From positions 3,895 to 67,894 of the forward strand of contig CAVSKC010000007.1 in the NCBI GenBank assembly GCA_963728425.1: a DNA stretch of 64,000 nt, given 5' to 3'. The position numbers were made by a program, and so were the translations under genes. The notes beneath the pieces were generated by a model that saw only the letters and a list, made by a program, of their open reading frames with translations, did no database searches and had not been told where the DNA came from. This stretch comes from an uncultured Actinomycetota bacterium. Its GTDB lineage: Bacteria > Actinomycetota > Actinomycetes > JACCUZ01. This document shows, piece after piece, positions 29,454 through 38,809 of this stretch (within the stretch, counting starts at the first letter, position 1; every line of letters starts with the position of its first letter).

Positions 29454-32027
29454 CCGCGCGGTCCAGCTGCGCTGCGGCTAGCGCGGGCCGGGTCTGGCTG
29501 GTCCTGGCCGGCATGGCCGCGGCAGGCGCGACCCTCCAGCTCGCCGTCCTCGCGTCCGCGCCGGCAGCCGGGGCCTGGCAGGTCGGGCTCCCCGTTGCGG
29601 TCGTCGTGCTGGTCCTGCTCGCAGGCTTCGCCGCCACCGAGGTGGCGGTCGTGCACATCCCGACCGGGCGCAACACGTTCACCCTGACCCTGAGCGAGAT
29701 CCCCCTTGTCGTCGGGCTGTTCCTCCTGGGCCCGGTGGCCCTGGTCCTGGTCCGGGTGCTCGGCGCGCTGCTGCCGCTGGCCGTCCGCAACCGCGGAGCC
29801 CGCGCAAGCTGGTCTTCAACCTCGCCTGGTACTGCGGTCGAGGCGTCGCACCGCGGCGCTGATCTGGCACGGGTTCGGCGGCCGGACGGCGAGCTGTCGC
29901 CGACCACCTGGCTCGCCGTCCGGGTCGCGGTACGTGGTCGTCGACCTGCTCGGGACGGCTGCTGATCGGCCTCGTGATCGCCGTCGACGCCGGCAGTCCG
30001 GCTCGCGCTACGTGAGCTGCTGTCCGAGGCGCAACCCGCTCGTCGCCCTGGTCAACGCGAGCGCGGCCCTGGTCATCGTCTACGTGGTCACCGTGGACTG
30101 GCGGGCGCATCTGGACCGTCGGCGTCGTGGTCGGCGGTGCTGGGTGTTCGCGCTGCGGTCGCACAACCGGTTGCGCCGGCGCACCGAGAGCCTCGAGCAG
30201 CTCGGCCGGTTCACCGGTCAGGTCGGCGCCAGCTCGACGTCGAGTCCGCCGCGCAGCCGCGGCCCTGACTCTGGATGACCCGCGCCCTGAAGGCGGAGGT
30301 GGTCGAGCTGACGCTGACCGGGAGTTCGCGGGCCGGCACCGCCGGTGGGTCGCCCGGTACGACGGGCCGGTCGCGGAGCCCGGACGGTCAGGGCTCGGCG
30401 CGTGCTGCGCCGTGGCTCGCCGCGGGGCCGGTCCTCGTCGCGACGCGGCGCGAAGGACCGCGTCGCTCGGCGGCGCCGCTGCGGCTCGACCGGCCTGCGC
30501 GACGCGATGGCCATGCCGCTGCAGGGCGACGGCGAGGTGATCGGAACGCTGCTCGTCGGGGACCGGCTCGGTGACGTCGAGACCTTCGGCGCGCAGCGAC
30601 ATGCGCGAGCTCGTCGCCTCGGCAACCACCTCAGTGTCACGCTGCGCAACGCCCGTCGGGCGGACCTGATCCGGGAGCAGGCCGAGGACCAGCTGCGGCG
30701 GTCGCTGCTCGACGAGCTGACCGGGCTGCCCAACCGCCGCTGCCTCGAGCAGCGGCTCGCGACGCACCTCGGGTCCGGCGGCAGCGCGGCGACGTGATCC
30801 TGCTCGACCTGGACCGCTTCAAGGACATCAACGACACCCTGGGCCACCACACCGGTGACGCCCTGCTGCGCATGGTGGCCGAGCGGCTCGACGCCAGCGC
30901 GCCGAGCGACGCCGTGGTCGCCCGGCTTCGGCGGTGACGAGTACGCCGTCCTGCTGCTGCCCGGTGACGCCGGGAGCACGGCGTCGGTCGTCGACATGGT
31001 CCGGCAGGCCTTCGCCCGTGCCGTTCGGTCTCGACGAGCTGCAGGTGACGGTCGAGGCCAGCCTCGGCGTCGCCGTGACGACGGCACCGACTGCCAGAGC
31101 GGGCCGTCTGCGTCATCAAAGCCGGCCGACCTGCTCCGGCAGGCCGACATCGCGATGTTCGCGGCCAAGACCCGCCGGACCGGCGTGGAGTACCTACCGG
31201 CCCGGAGCTCGAGGTCGGCAGCCCGGCCCGGCTCACGCTGCTCACCGACCTGGCAACGCCATCAGCCGGCGGCGAGCTCACGGTGCACTTCCAGCCCAAG
31301 CTCCGGCTGCGCGACGGAGAGGTGGTCGGCGCGGAGGCGCTGGTGCGGTGGAACCATCCGCAGCGCGGCGTTCTCGGGCCGGACGAGTTCGTCCCGGTCG
31401 CCGAGCACAGCGGCCTGATCTCGCCGCTCACCTTCGCCGTGCTCCGTCAGGCACTGCGGCCTGCGCGGAATGGCGGCGGGCCGGCCGGCCGCTCGGCGTG
31501 GCGGTCAACATCTCCCCGCGAAGCCTGCTGGAGCCGTCGTTCGTCGACGAGGTCGCCCGCGCCATCGCAGCCGTCGAGGTGCCGGCGGCCGCGGTCACGC
31601 TGGAGATCACCGAGTCCAGCCTGATGGCCGACCCGGAGCGAGCGATCGAGGCGCTCCAGCGCCTCCGGACCCTCGGCGTGCAGCTGTCCATCGACGACCT
31701 GGGGACGGGGTACTCGTCGCTGTCCTACCTGCAGCGGCTGCCGGTCACCGAGGTGAAGATCGACAAGTCCTTCCTGCTCTCGCAGGAGGACGGCGTCGAC
31801 GCCTTCGCGCTCGTGGGAGCCATCGTCGACCTCGGGCACCGGCTGGGCCGCCACGTCGTGGCGGAGGGCGTCGAGCACGAGGACGTCTGGCGCCAGCTCC
31901 AGCAGCTGGGCTGCGACTCGGCGCAGGGCTACTGGATGAGCCGGCCGCTGTCTGCCGACGACTTCACCGCCTGGCTGGACCGGTGGCAGCCCCCGCCAGG
32001 TCGCCCAGCTGCCGCGCCATCGGCTGA
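29450..32027 (+). pseudogene. membrane-anchored GAF-GGDEF-EAL (c-di-GMP turnover) protein; at least 10 frame breaks as sequenced, 3' end uncertain
   Basis: The ATG at 29450 overlaps the S8 stop (ATGA). The N-terminal TM region is LVLAGMAAAGATLQLAVL...VVVLVLLAGFAATEV...LVVGLFLLGPVALVLVRVLGALL. A GAF-like piece reads [27 protein letters not shown]. The GGDEF region is [14 protein letters not shown]...[24 protein letters not shown]...[11 protein letters not shown]. The EAL region is LTVHFQPKLRLRDGEVVGAEALVRWNHP...ITESSLM...LSIDDLGTGYSSLSYLQRLPVTEVKIDKSF...VVAEGVEHED...GCDSAQGYWMSRP. These pieces are spread over ORFs 29333..29965, 30345..30797, 30855..31418, 31283..31624 and 30934..32712. Confidence 0.8.
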
Positions 32028-33014
32028 CGCGGTCCGGGCCTGCGCTCGGGCAGGCCGGGGAACGGCACGCTGCCGCCCCGCCACCGGGCCGCGGCGACCG
32101 CGGCCTCGGCCAGCCCGACCGCGGCCTCCCGGCGCAGGTCCCGGTCGGCCGGGTCGGCGAGGTCGGCCACCGCGTCCGCCCACACCGCGGCGAGCCGCTC
32201 CTCGAGCAGGGTCGACCAGGGTCCGGGCGTCCTCGGCCGTGCGTGACCGGGGTGGGCAGGGCGTAGGAGGCGGCGGGCGGCGACGGCGCCACGCCCATGC
32301 CGGCCAGCTGCGCCTCCAGCCGGTCGCGGCTCGCCCGGTGGGCGGTCCAGTCGCGCTCGGCCCGGACGCGGTCCGCGCCGGACAGCCGGGCGCCCGCGAC
32401 GCCGTAGCCGTAGACGACCGCGTGCTCGGCGGCCAGCACGCGCTGCAGCACCCCGCTCCGCCGACGCGCGGCCGGTGCCAGCCGGCTCACGGGTGGTCCC
32501 GGCCGAGCAGGTCGGCGTGGGTCGACTCGCAGGCGGCGATCGAGGCGAGCAGCCGGGCCAGCTCGGAGCCGGCCTCGCAACACCTGCCCGGTACGCCGGT
32601 CGGCGGCGGCCCGCTCCAGGCCGGCCAGCCAGGTCACGGCAGCAGCGCGGCGTCGACGGGACCTGCGGGGGTGCCGCCGACGGGGATGGCGACCGGCGTT
32701 CGTCGACGGTGACGGCGACGCCGTGGGTCGCGGTCCCTCGAGCGCGGCGACGTGTGCCTCGTGCTCGGCGGCCAGCGACCGCAGCCGAGCCAACCGGGCG
32801 CTGCCGGCGTCCGGGACGGCGACCGCGACCGCGGCATAGGCCGCGACCAGCACCCGCGACCTCGCCGGCCACCGCGCGGCGCAGCCGGAGGTCGGGGTCG
32901 GGCCGGGGCGGCCGCGGCTCGTCGGCCGGGAGACAGGCGGCCAGCGCGAGGGCTCCGCCGGCTGGCCAGCACCGCGCGGCGGCGTCGGTCCGTCCACGGG
33001 CGTGATGATCGCAC
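31964..33014 (-). pseudogene. ferritin-like DUF4439 family lipoprotein (conserved neighbour of rimP); at least 5 frame breaks as sequenced
   Basis: The GTG at 33014 follows AGGAGG. A signal/lipobox is spread over two frames (VRSSRPWTDRRRRAVLAS / GGALALAACLPADEP). Conserved pieces are LARLRSLAAEHEAHVAAL, VTWLAGLERAAADRRTGQVL, LQRVLAAEHAVVYGYGVAGARL...RDWTAHRASRDRLEAQL and LEERLAAVWADAVADLADPADRDLRREAAVGLAEAAVAAARWRGGSVPFPGLPE. They lie in ORFs 31447..33042, 31964..33691 and 32634..34904 (all minus strand). Confidence 0.5.
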
Positions 33015-33110
33015 GGCCTCCTGCGGGTATCCTCGGACCCACAGGCTCGGGGGTTGAGGCATGCCGCCCCGCGCCGGCAGCACGACAACAGCAGAGCGAG
33101 GAGGTCCACC

Positions 33111-33593
33111 ATGGGCAAGGCGTCGGACCGTGACTCGCTCGTCAGGCTGCTCGCACCCGTGGTCGAGGCCCAGGGGCTGGACCTCGAGGACGTCGTCGTC
33201 ACCCCGGCCGGGAAGCGCCGCCAGCTGCGGGTCGTCGTCGACCAGGACGGCGGCGTCTCGCTGGACACCGTCGCCGCCGTGAGCACGGCGGTCGCCGCAC
33301 AGCTCGACGACTCGGACGCGATGGGCGGCTCGCCGTACGTGCTCGAGGTGACCTCGCCCGGCGTCGACCGGCCGCTGACCGCGCCCCGGCACTGGCGGCG
33401 CAACCGGACCCGGCTGGTCAAGGTCGCGACCGCCGAGGCCACCGCGCTCGAGGGCCGGCTGGTCGAGGTCGACGACGACGGCATCGGCGTCGAGTCCGAC
33501 GGGGTGGTGACCCGGCTGGCCTGGGACCGGGTCACGTCCGGGCGGGTGCAGGTCGAGTTCAACCGACCGTCCAAGACCGAAGGCGAGGTCTGA
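33111..33593 (+). CDS. rimP: ribosome maturation factor RimP
   Basis: The ATG at 33111 follows GAGGAGG. The protein reads MGKASDRDSLVRLLAPVVEAQGLDLEDVVVTPAGKRRQLRVVVD...PYVLEVTSPGVDRPL. It lies immediately upstream of nusA. Confidence 0.88.
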   Translation: MGKASDRDSLVRLLAPVVEAQGLDLEDVVVTPAGKRRQLRVVVDQDGGVSLDTVAAVSTAVAAQLDDSDAMGGSPYVLEVTSPGVDRPLTAPRHWRRNRTRLVKVATAEATALEGRLVEVDDDGIGVESDGVVTRLAWDRVTSGRVQVEFNRPSKTEGEV

Positions 33594-33596
33594 GCC

Positions 33597-34628
33597 GTGG
33601 ACATCGACATGGGCGCACTGCGTGCGCTCGAGCGGGAGAAGGAGATCTCCTTCCCGATGCTCGTCGAGGCCATCGAGTCGGCCCTGCTCATCGCCTACCA
33701 GCGCACCGAGGGCCACCAGCCGCGGGCGCGGGTCGAGCTGGACCGCAAGAACGGGCACGTCACCGTCTGGGCGGCCGAGACCGACGAGGACGGCTCGGTG
33801 CTGCGCGAGTGGGACGACACCCCGACCGGGTTCGGCCGGATCGCCGCGACCACCGCGAAGCAGGTCATCCTCCAGCGGCTGCGGGACGCCGAGGACGAGC
33901 AGACGTTCGGTGAGTTCTCCGGCCGCGAGGGCGACATCGTCAGCGGGGTCGTGCAGCAGGGCAAGGACCCGCGCAACGTGTTCGTCGACCTCGGCAAGAT
34001 CGAGGCCGTGCTGCCGCCGCCGGAGCAGGTGCCGGGGGAGAACTACGAGCACGGCCTGCGGCTGCGCTGCTACGTCGTGCAGGTCCGCAAGGGTCCGCGC
34101 GGGCCGTCGATCATGCTGTCGCGCACCCACCCGAACCTGGTCCGCAAGCTGTTCGCCCTCGAGGTGCCCGAGATCGCCGACGGCACGGTCGAGATCGCGG
34201 CGGTGGCGCGCGAGGCCGGCCACCGCACCAAGATCGCGGTGAAGTCCAACCGGCAGGGCGTGAACGCCAAGGGCTCCTGCATCGGGCCGATGGGCTCCCG
34301 GGCCCGGGCCGTGATGGCCGAGCTGCACGGCGAGAAGATCGACATCGTCGACTGGTCGGAGGACCCGGCCCGGTTCCTGGCCGAGGCGCTGCAGCCGGCC
34401 AAGGTGCTCAAGGTCGAGATCGTCGACCTGGCCGCCCGGTCGGCCCGGATCACGGTGCCCGACTACCAGCTGTCGCTGGCCATCGGCAAGGAGGGCCAGA
34501 ACGCCCGCCTCGCCGCCCGGCTGACCGGCTGGCGGATCGACATCCGGCCGGACGTCGCCCGCGACGCCGCCCCGCCGGCATCGGCTCCGGCTCCGGCATC
34601 GGCTCCGGCTCCGGCGGAGGGCCCCTGA
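33597..34628 (+). CDS. nusA: transcription termination/antitermination factor NusA
   Basis: Intact 343-aa ORF with an N-terminal domain, an S1 domain ([10 protein letters not shown]...) and KH domains ([31 protein letters not shown]...[23 protein letters not shown]). The tail is Ala/Pro-rich. Confidence 0.93.
   Translation: MDIDMGALRALEREKEISFPMLVEAIESALLIAYQRTEGHQPRARVELDRKNGHVTVWAAETDEDGSVLREWDDTPTGFGRIAATTAKQVILQRLRDAEDEQTFGEFSGREGDIVSGVVQQGKDPRNVFVDLGKIEAVLPPPEQVPGENYEHGLRLRCYVVQVRKGPRGPSIMLSRTHPNLVRKLFALEVPEIADGTVEIAAVAREAGHRTKIAVKSNRQGVNAKGSCIGPMGSRARAVMAELHGEKIDIVDWSEDPARFLAEALQPAKVLKVEIVDLAARSARITVPDYQLSLAIGKEGQNARLAARLTGWRIDIRPDVARDAAPPASAPAPASAPAPAEGP
34578..34613 (+). repeat. perfect 2 x 18-bp tandem duplication inside the nusA tail (encodes ASAPAP twice)
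   Basis: gcatcggctccggctccg occurs at 34578-34595 and again at 34596-34613. Confidence 0.9.
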
Positions 34629-34648
34629 GCGCGCCGGTCCGCACCTGC

Positions 34649-34888
34649 GTGGGCTGCCGCCGGCGCGCCCCGGCGGCCGAGCTGCTGCGGGTGGTGGCCC
34701 GGGACGGTGCTGTCGTGCCCGACCCGGCGCACCGGCTGCCCGGCCGGGGTGCCCACGTGCACCCGGTCGTCGACTGCCTCGACCTGGCCGAGCGGCGCAG
34801 GGCCTTCCCGCGCGCCCTGCGGGTCCCGCCGCCGCTGACGACCGATCTCGTCCGCCAGCAGCTCGCGGGCGGGCAGGACGCCCTGTGA
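34649..34888 (+). CDS. ylxR: YlxR/DUF448 family RNA-binding protein (true start probably upstream, e.g. CTG 34625)
   Basis: ORF 34649..34888. The frame reads upstream as [28 protein letters not shown]...HRLPGRGAHVHP. The family-defining RTCVGC motif begins before the first ATG/GTG/TTG in frame. Confidence 0.75.
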   Translation: MGCRRRAPAAELLRVVARDGAVVPDPAHRLPGRGAHVHPVVDCLDLAERRRAFPRALRVPPPLTTDLVRQQLAGGQDAL

Positions 34889-35211
34889 CCTGCGGGTTTC
34901 CCATGATCGGATGCGCTTTCGGGCTCCTGAGGACCGAATGGCTATCCGTTGTTGTCGAAGTGGCTCCGAGGGGCTGCCGGGATGCCTCGTCCTGCGTTGC
35001 GCGTTACACTCGGTGCGACCGCGATCAGACCTGCGCCGACGAGGCGCGGTTCTCGCACGTCCGCGGCCTCAACAGAGGCATAACCGTCCAATCCGGAAGC
35101 GAGTCGAGACGCTGATGAGCACCCGATGAGCACGCACCGATGAGTGCCCCCGTGCAGTAACGACGGTCCGCCGCTGGTCTAGATCCAGCCCGGACCTCAG
35201 ACAGGAGAGAT
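34889..35211 (+). promoter_or_regulatory. 323-nt apparently non-coding ylxR-infB spacer / infB leader, lower GC, containing three chained mini-ORFs
   Basis: No protein-like ORF is present; ORFs 34885..35115 and 34911..35129 are Cys/Arg-rich and show no family resemblance. The GATGAGCAC motif occurs at 35114, 35125 and, as GATGAGTGC, at 35139. A small hairpin GCTGG-N7-CCAGC lies at about 35176-35192, before the infB SD GGAGAG. Confidence 0.45.
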
Positions 35212-37998
35212 GTGGCTAAGGTCCGGGTCTACGAGCTCGCGAAAGAGCTCGGTGTCGAGAGCAAGACCGTCATGGCAAAGCTGAACGAGCTCGGTGAGTT
35301 CGTCCGGTCCGCCTCCTCGACGGTCGAGCCCCCCGTCGTACGCAAGCTGAGGGACGCCCTCCCTGCCGCGGCACCTGCCGACACAGGGGAGAAGGCTCCC
35401 GCCAAGAAGGCCGCCGCGAAGAAGGCGGCTGCCCCCACCCCCGCCGCCCCCGCGGCGCCCACCCCTGCCCCGGCGCCCGCCGAGGCTCCCGCAGCAGCCG
35501 CTCCGGCTGCTCCCGCCGCCCCCGCGCCGTCGGCGCCGTCGGCCCCGGAGCACCCTGCCGTCCAGGCGCCGACCCCCGGTCCGCGTCCTGCCGCCGCGGC
35601 AGCATCCGCGGCCGAGGCCCCGGCCCGGCCGGGCGGCGCCGCGCCGCGTCCGTCCGGACCGCGTCCGGGCAACAACCCGTTCACCTCCGGCGGCTCGTCC
35701 GGCATGGGCCGTCCCTCGGCCCCGCGGCCGGGCAACAACCCCTACTCCACCGACGGCGCCACGGGCATGTCCCGCCCCGGCTCCGCCGCGCCGCGCCCGC
35801 CCGCACCCCGTCCGGGTGGCGGCAGCGGTCCCGGTGGCCCGCGTCCCAACCCGGGCATGATGCCGGCGCGTCCGGCGCCCGGTGTCGGCCGGACCGCCCC
35901 TGGCGGCGGCCGTCCCGGTGCCCCGGCCGGCCGAGGCCGTCCGGGAGCTCCCGGCGGCGCTGGTCGTCCGGGTAGCGGCGGTGGCGGCGGCTACGGCGGC
36001 GGTGGCGCTCCCGGCGCCGGTCGCCCCGGTGGCGGCGGCTTCGGCGGCGGCCGCGGTGGCGGCCCGCGTCGTGGCGGAACCGCGGGTGCCTTCGGGCGCC
36101 CCGGCGGTCCGCCCCGTCGTGGCCGGAAGTCGAAGAAGCAGCGGCGCCAGGAGTTCGACAACATGGCGGCGCCCTCGCTGGGCGGCGTCTCGGTGCCCCG
36201 TGGCGACGGCACGACCGTCGTGCGGCTGGCCCGTGGCTCCTCGCTGACCGACTTCGCCGACAAGATCGACGCCAACCCGGCGTCGCTGGTCACGGTGCTG
36301 TTCCACCTCGGTGAGATGGCCACCGCGACCCAGTCGCTGGACGAGGACACCTTCCAGCTGCTCGGTGCCGAGCTCGGCTACTCGATCCAGATCGTCAGCC
36401 CCGAGGACGAGGACCGCGAGCTGCTCGACTCGTTCGACATCGACTTCCTCGGCGAGGACTGGGACGACGACGACCTCGTCTCCCGCCCGCCGGTCGTCAC
36501 CGTCATGGGTCACGTCGACCACGGAAAGACCCGGCTGCTGGACGCGATCCGCAAGACCGACGTCCTCTCCGGCGAGGCCGGCGGCATCACCCAGTCGATC
36601 GGTGCCTACCAGGTCCACACCACGCACGAGGGTGTGGAGCGGGCGATCACCTTCATCGACACCCCGGGTCACGAGGCCTTCACGGCCATGCGTGCCCGCG
36701 GTGCCAAGGTCACCGACATCGCGGTGCTCGTGGTGGCGGCGGACGACGGCGTGATGCCGCAGACCATCGAGGCGCTCAACCACGCCCAGGCCGCCGACGT
36801 GCCGATCGTGGTCGCGGTCAACAAGATCGACAGCGAGGGTGCGAACCCCGCGAAGGTCCGCCAGCAGCTCACCGAGTACAACCTGGTGGCCGAGGAGTAC
36901 GGCGGCAAGACGATCTTCGTCGACGTGTCGGCCAAGCAGGGCACCAACATCGACCAGCTGCTCGAGTCGATCCTGCTGACCGCCGACGCCGCGCTCGACC
37001 TGCGCGCGGTGGCCGACGCTCCCGCCCGTGGTGTCGCGATCGAGGCCCACCTCGACCGCGGCCGCGGCCCGGTCGCGACCGTCCTGGTCCAGCGCGGCAC
37101 CCTCGCGGTCGGTGACTCGATCGTCGCCGGCGACGCCTACGGCCGGGTCCGCGCCATGCTCGACGAGCACGGCGAGAACCTCGACGTGGCGCTCCCGTCC
37201 CGGCCCGGTCCAGGTGCTCGGCTTCACCTCGGTGCCCGGCGCCGGCGACAAGTTCCTCGTCGCCGACGAGGACCGGATCGCCCGCCAGATCGCCGAGAAG
37301 CGGCAGGCCATGCAGCGCAACGCTGCCCTGGCCAAGGCGCGCAAGCGGGTCTCGCTCGAGGACTGGCTGGAGCAGAGCAAGGTCGACACGCTCAACCTCA
37401 TCCTCAAGGGTGACGGCTCGGGTGCTGTCGAGGCGCTCGAGGACGCCCTGATGAACATCGAGGTCGGCGACGAGGTCGAGCTGCGGGTGATCGACCGCGG
37501 GGTCGGCGCCATCACGCAGAACGACGTCAACCTCGCCGTCGCGTCGGAGGCCGTCATCATCGGCTTCAACGTCCGGCCGGCCGAGCGGGTCACCGACCTG
37601 ATCGACCGCGAGGGCGTCGACGTCCGCTACTACTCGGTCATCTACCAGGCCATCGACGAGGTCGAGGCTGCGCTCAAGGGCATGCTCAAGCCCGAGTACG
37701 AGGAGGCGCAGCTCGGCACCGCCGAGGTCCGCGAGGTGTTCCGGTCGAGCAAGTTCGGCAACATCGCGGGTGCCTGGTGCGCAGCGGCGAGATCCGCCGC
37801 AACTCCAAGGCGCGCCTGGTCCGCGACGGCGCCATCGTGGCGGACAACCTCACCGTCGAGTCGCTCAAGCGGTTCAAGGACGACGCGACCGAGGTGCGTG
37901 AGGGCTACGAGTGCGGCATCGGCCTGGGGTCGTTCAACGACATCAAGGTCGACGACGTGATCGAGACCTTCGAGATGCGGGAGAAGGCTCGGGCCTGA
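35212..37998 (+). pseudogene. infB: translation initiation factor IF-2; frame broken twice as sequenced (near 37208 and 37773), almost certainly functional in vivo
   Basis: GTG start, [39 protein letters not shown]. There is a long Pro/Ala/Gly-rich linker and a G domain ([17 protein letters not shown]...DTPGHEAF...NKID). After ...DVALPSRP the sequence continues [18 protein letters not shown]... in ORF 37028..37960. After ...SKFGNIAG it continues [19 protein letters not shown]...FEMREKARA* in ORF 37777..37998. Confidence 0.9.
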
Positions 37999-38011
37999 TC
38001 GGGAGGACCAG

Positions 38012-38332
38012 GTGTTCACCGGCAGCGTCGCGTTCGACCTGCTGCTCGGTGACGTCCGGTCCCTGAAGCAGAAGCGCTCGCTCGTGCGGCCCCTGGTCGC
38101 CGAGCTGCGCCGGAAGTACGACGTGAGCGCGGCGGAGGCAGGTCATCTGGACCTGCACCGTCGCGCTCTCGTCGGAGTTGCGGTGGTCGCGGCCGACCGC
38201 GCGCACTGCGTCGATGTCCTCGACGCGTGCGAGCGGCTGGTCGCCGGTCGCCCCGAGCTGGAGCTGCTCTCCGCCAGGAGGCAGCTGGTCAAGGGCACGG
38301 ACGACGAGACATCAGTGGGAGAGGACGAGTAA
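38012..38332 (+). CDS. DUF503 domain-containing protein (YlxP-like)
   Basis: The GTG follows GGGAGG. The protein is (M)FTGSVAFDLLLGDVRSLKQKRSLVRPLVAELRRKYDVSAAEAGHLDLHRRALVGVAVVAAD..., in the conserved position between infB and rbfA. Confidence 0.8.
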   Translation: MFTGSVAFDLLLGDVRSLKQKRSLVRPLVAELRRKYDVSAAEAGHLDLHRRALVGVAVVAADRAHCVDVLDACERLVAGRPELELLSARRQLVKGTDDETSVGEDE

Positions 38333-38809
38333 GTGGTGGACGCCGCGCGTGCGCGCAAGCTGGCCGACCGGATCAAGGTCGTGGTCGCCGAGACGCTGGA
38401 GATGCGGGTCAAGGACCCCCGCCTCGGCTTCATCACGATCACCGACGTCCGGCTGACCGGTGACCTGCAGCAGGCCACCGTCTTCTACACCGTGTTCGGC
38501 GACGACACCCAGCAGCAGGACACGGCGGCGGCGCTGGAGAGCGCCAAGGGTGTGCTGCGCTCCGAGGTCGGCAAGCAGACCGGGGTCCGGCACACGCCGT
38601 CGCTGGCGTTCATCGCCGACGCCGTCCCCGAGACGGCCGCCCACATCGAGGACCTGCTCGCCAAGGTGGCCGTGGCCGACGCCGAGGTGCACCGGGCCGC
38701 GGCCGGCGCCACGTACGCCGGTGAGGCCGACCCGTACAAGGCGCCGCGACTGGACGAGGACGATGCCGCCGAGGACTCACGACGCCGACTCCGACGACGA
38801 GCACCGTGA
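38333..38809 (+). CDS. rbfA: 30S ribosome-binding factor RbfA
   Basis: (M)[55 protein letters not shown]...[12 protein letters not shown], followed by an acidic tail. Confidence 0.9.
   Translation: MVDAARARKLADRIKVVVAETLEMRVKDPRLGFITITDVRLTGDLQQATVFYTVFGDDTQQQDTAAALESAKGVLRSEVGKQTGVRHTPSLAFIADAVPETAAHIEDLLAKVAVADAEVHRAAAGATYAGEADPYKAPRLDEDDAAEDSRRRLRRRAP

Noticed and set aside
34885-35133. ORFs 34885..35115(+), 34911..35129(+) and 34942..35133(-) in the infB leader as small protein genes (for example a ylxQ/L7Ae equivalent).
   Set aside because: The translations are Cys/Arg-rich with no L7Ae-like motifs. There is no SD, no GC3 bias comparable to the neighbours, and the three ORFs overlap one another. 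The region is treated as non-coding leader.
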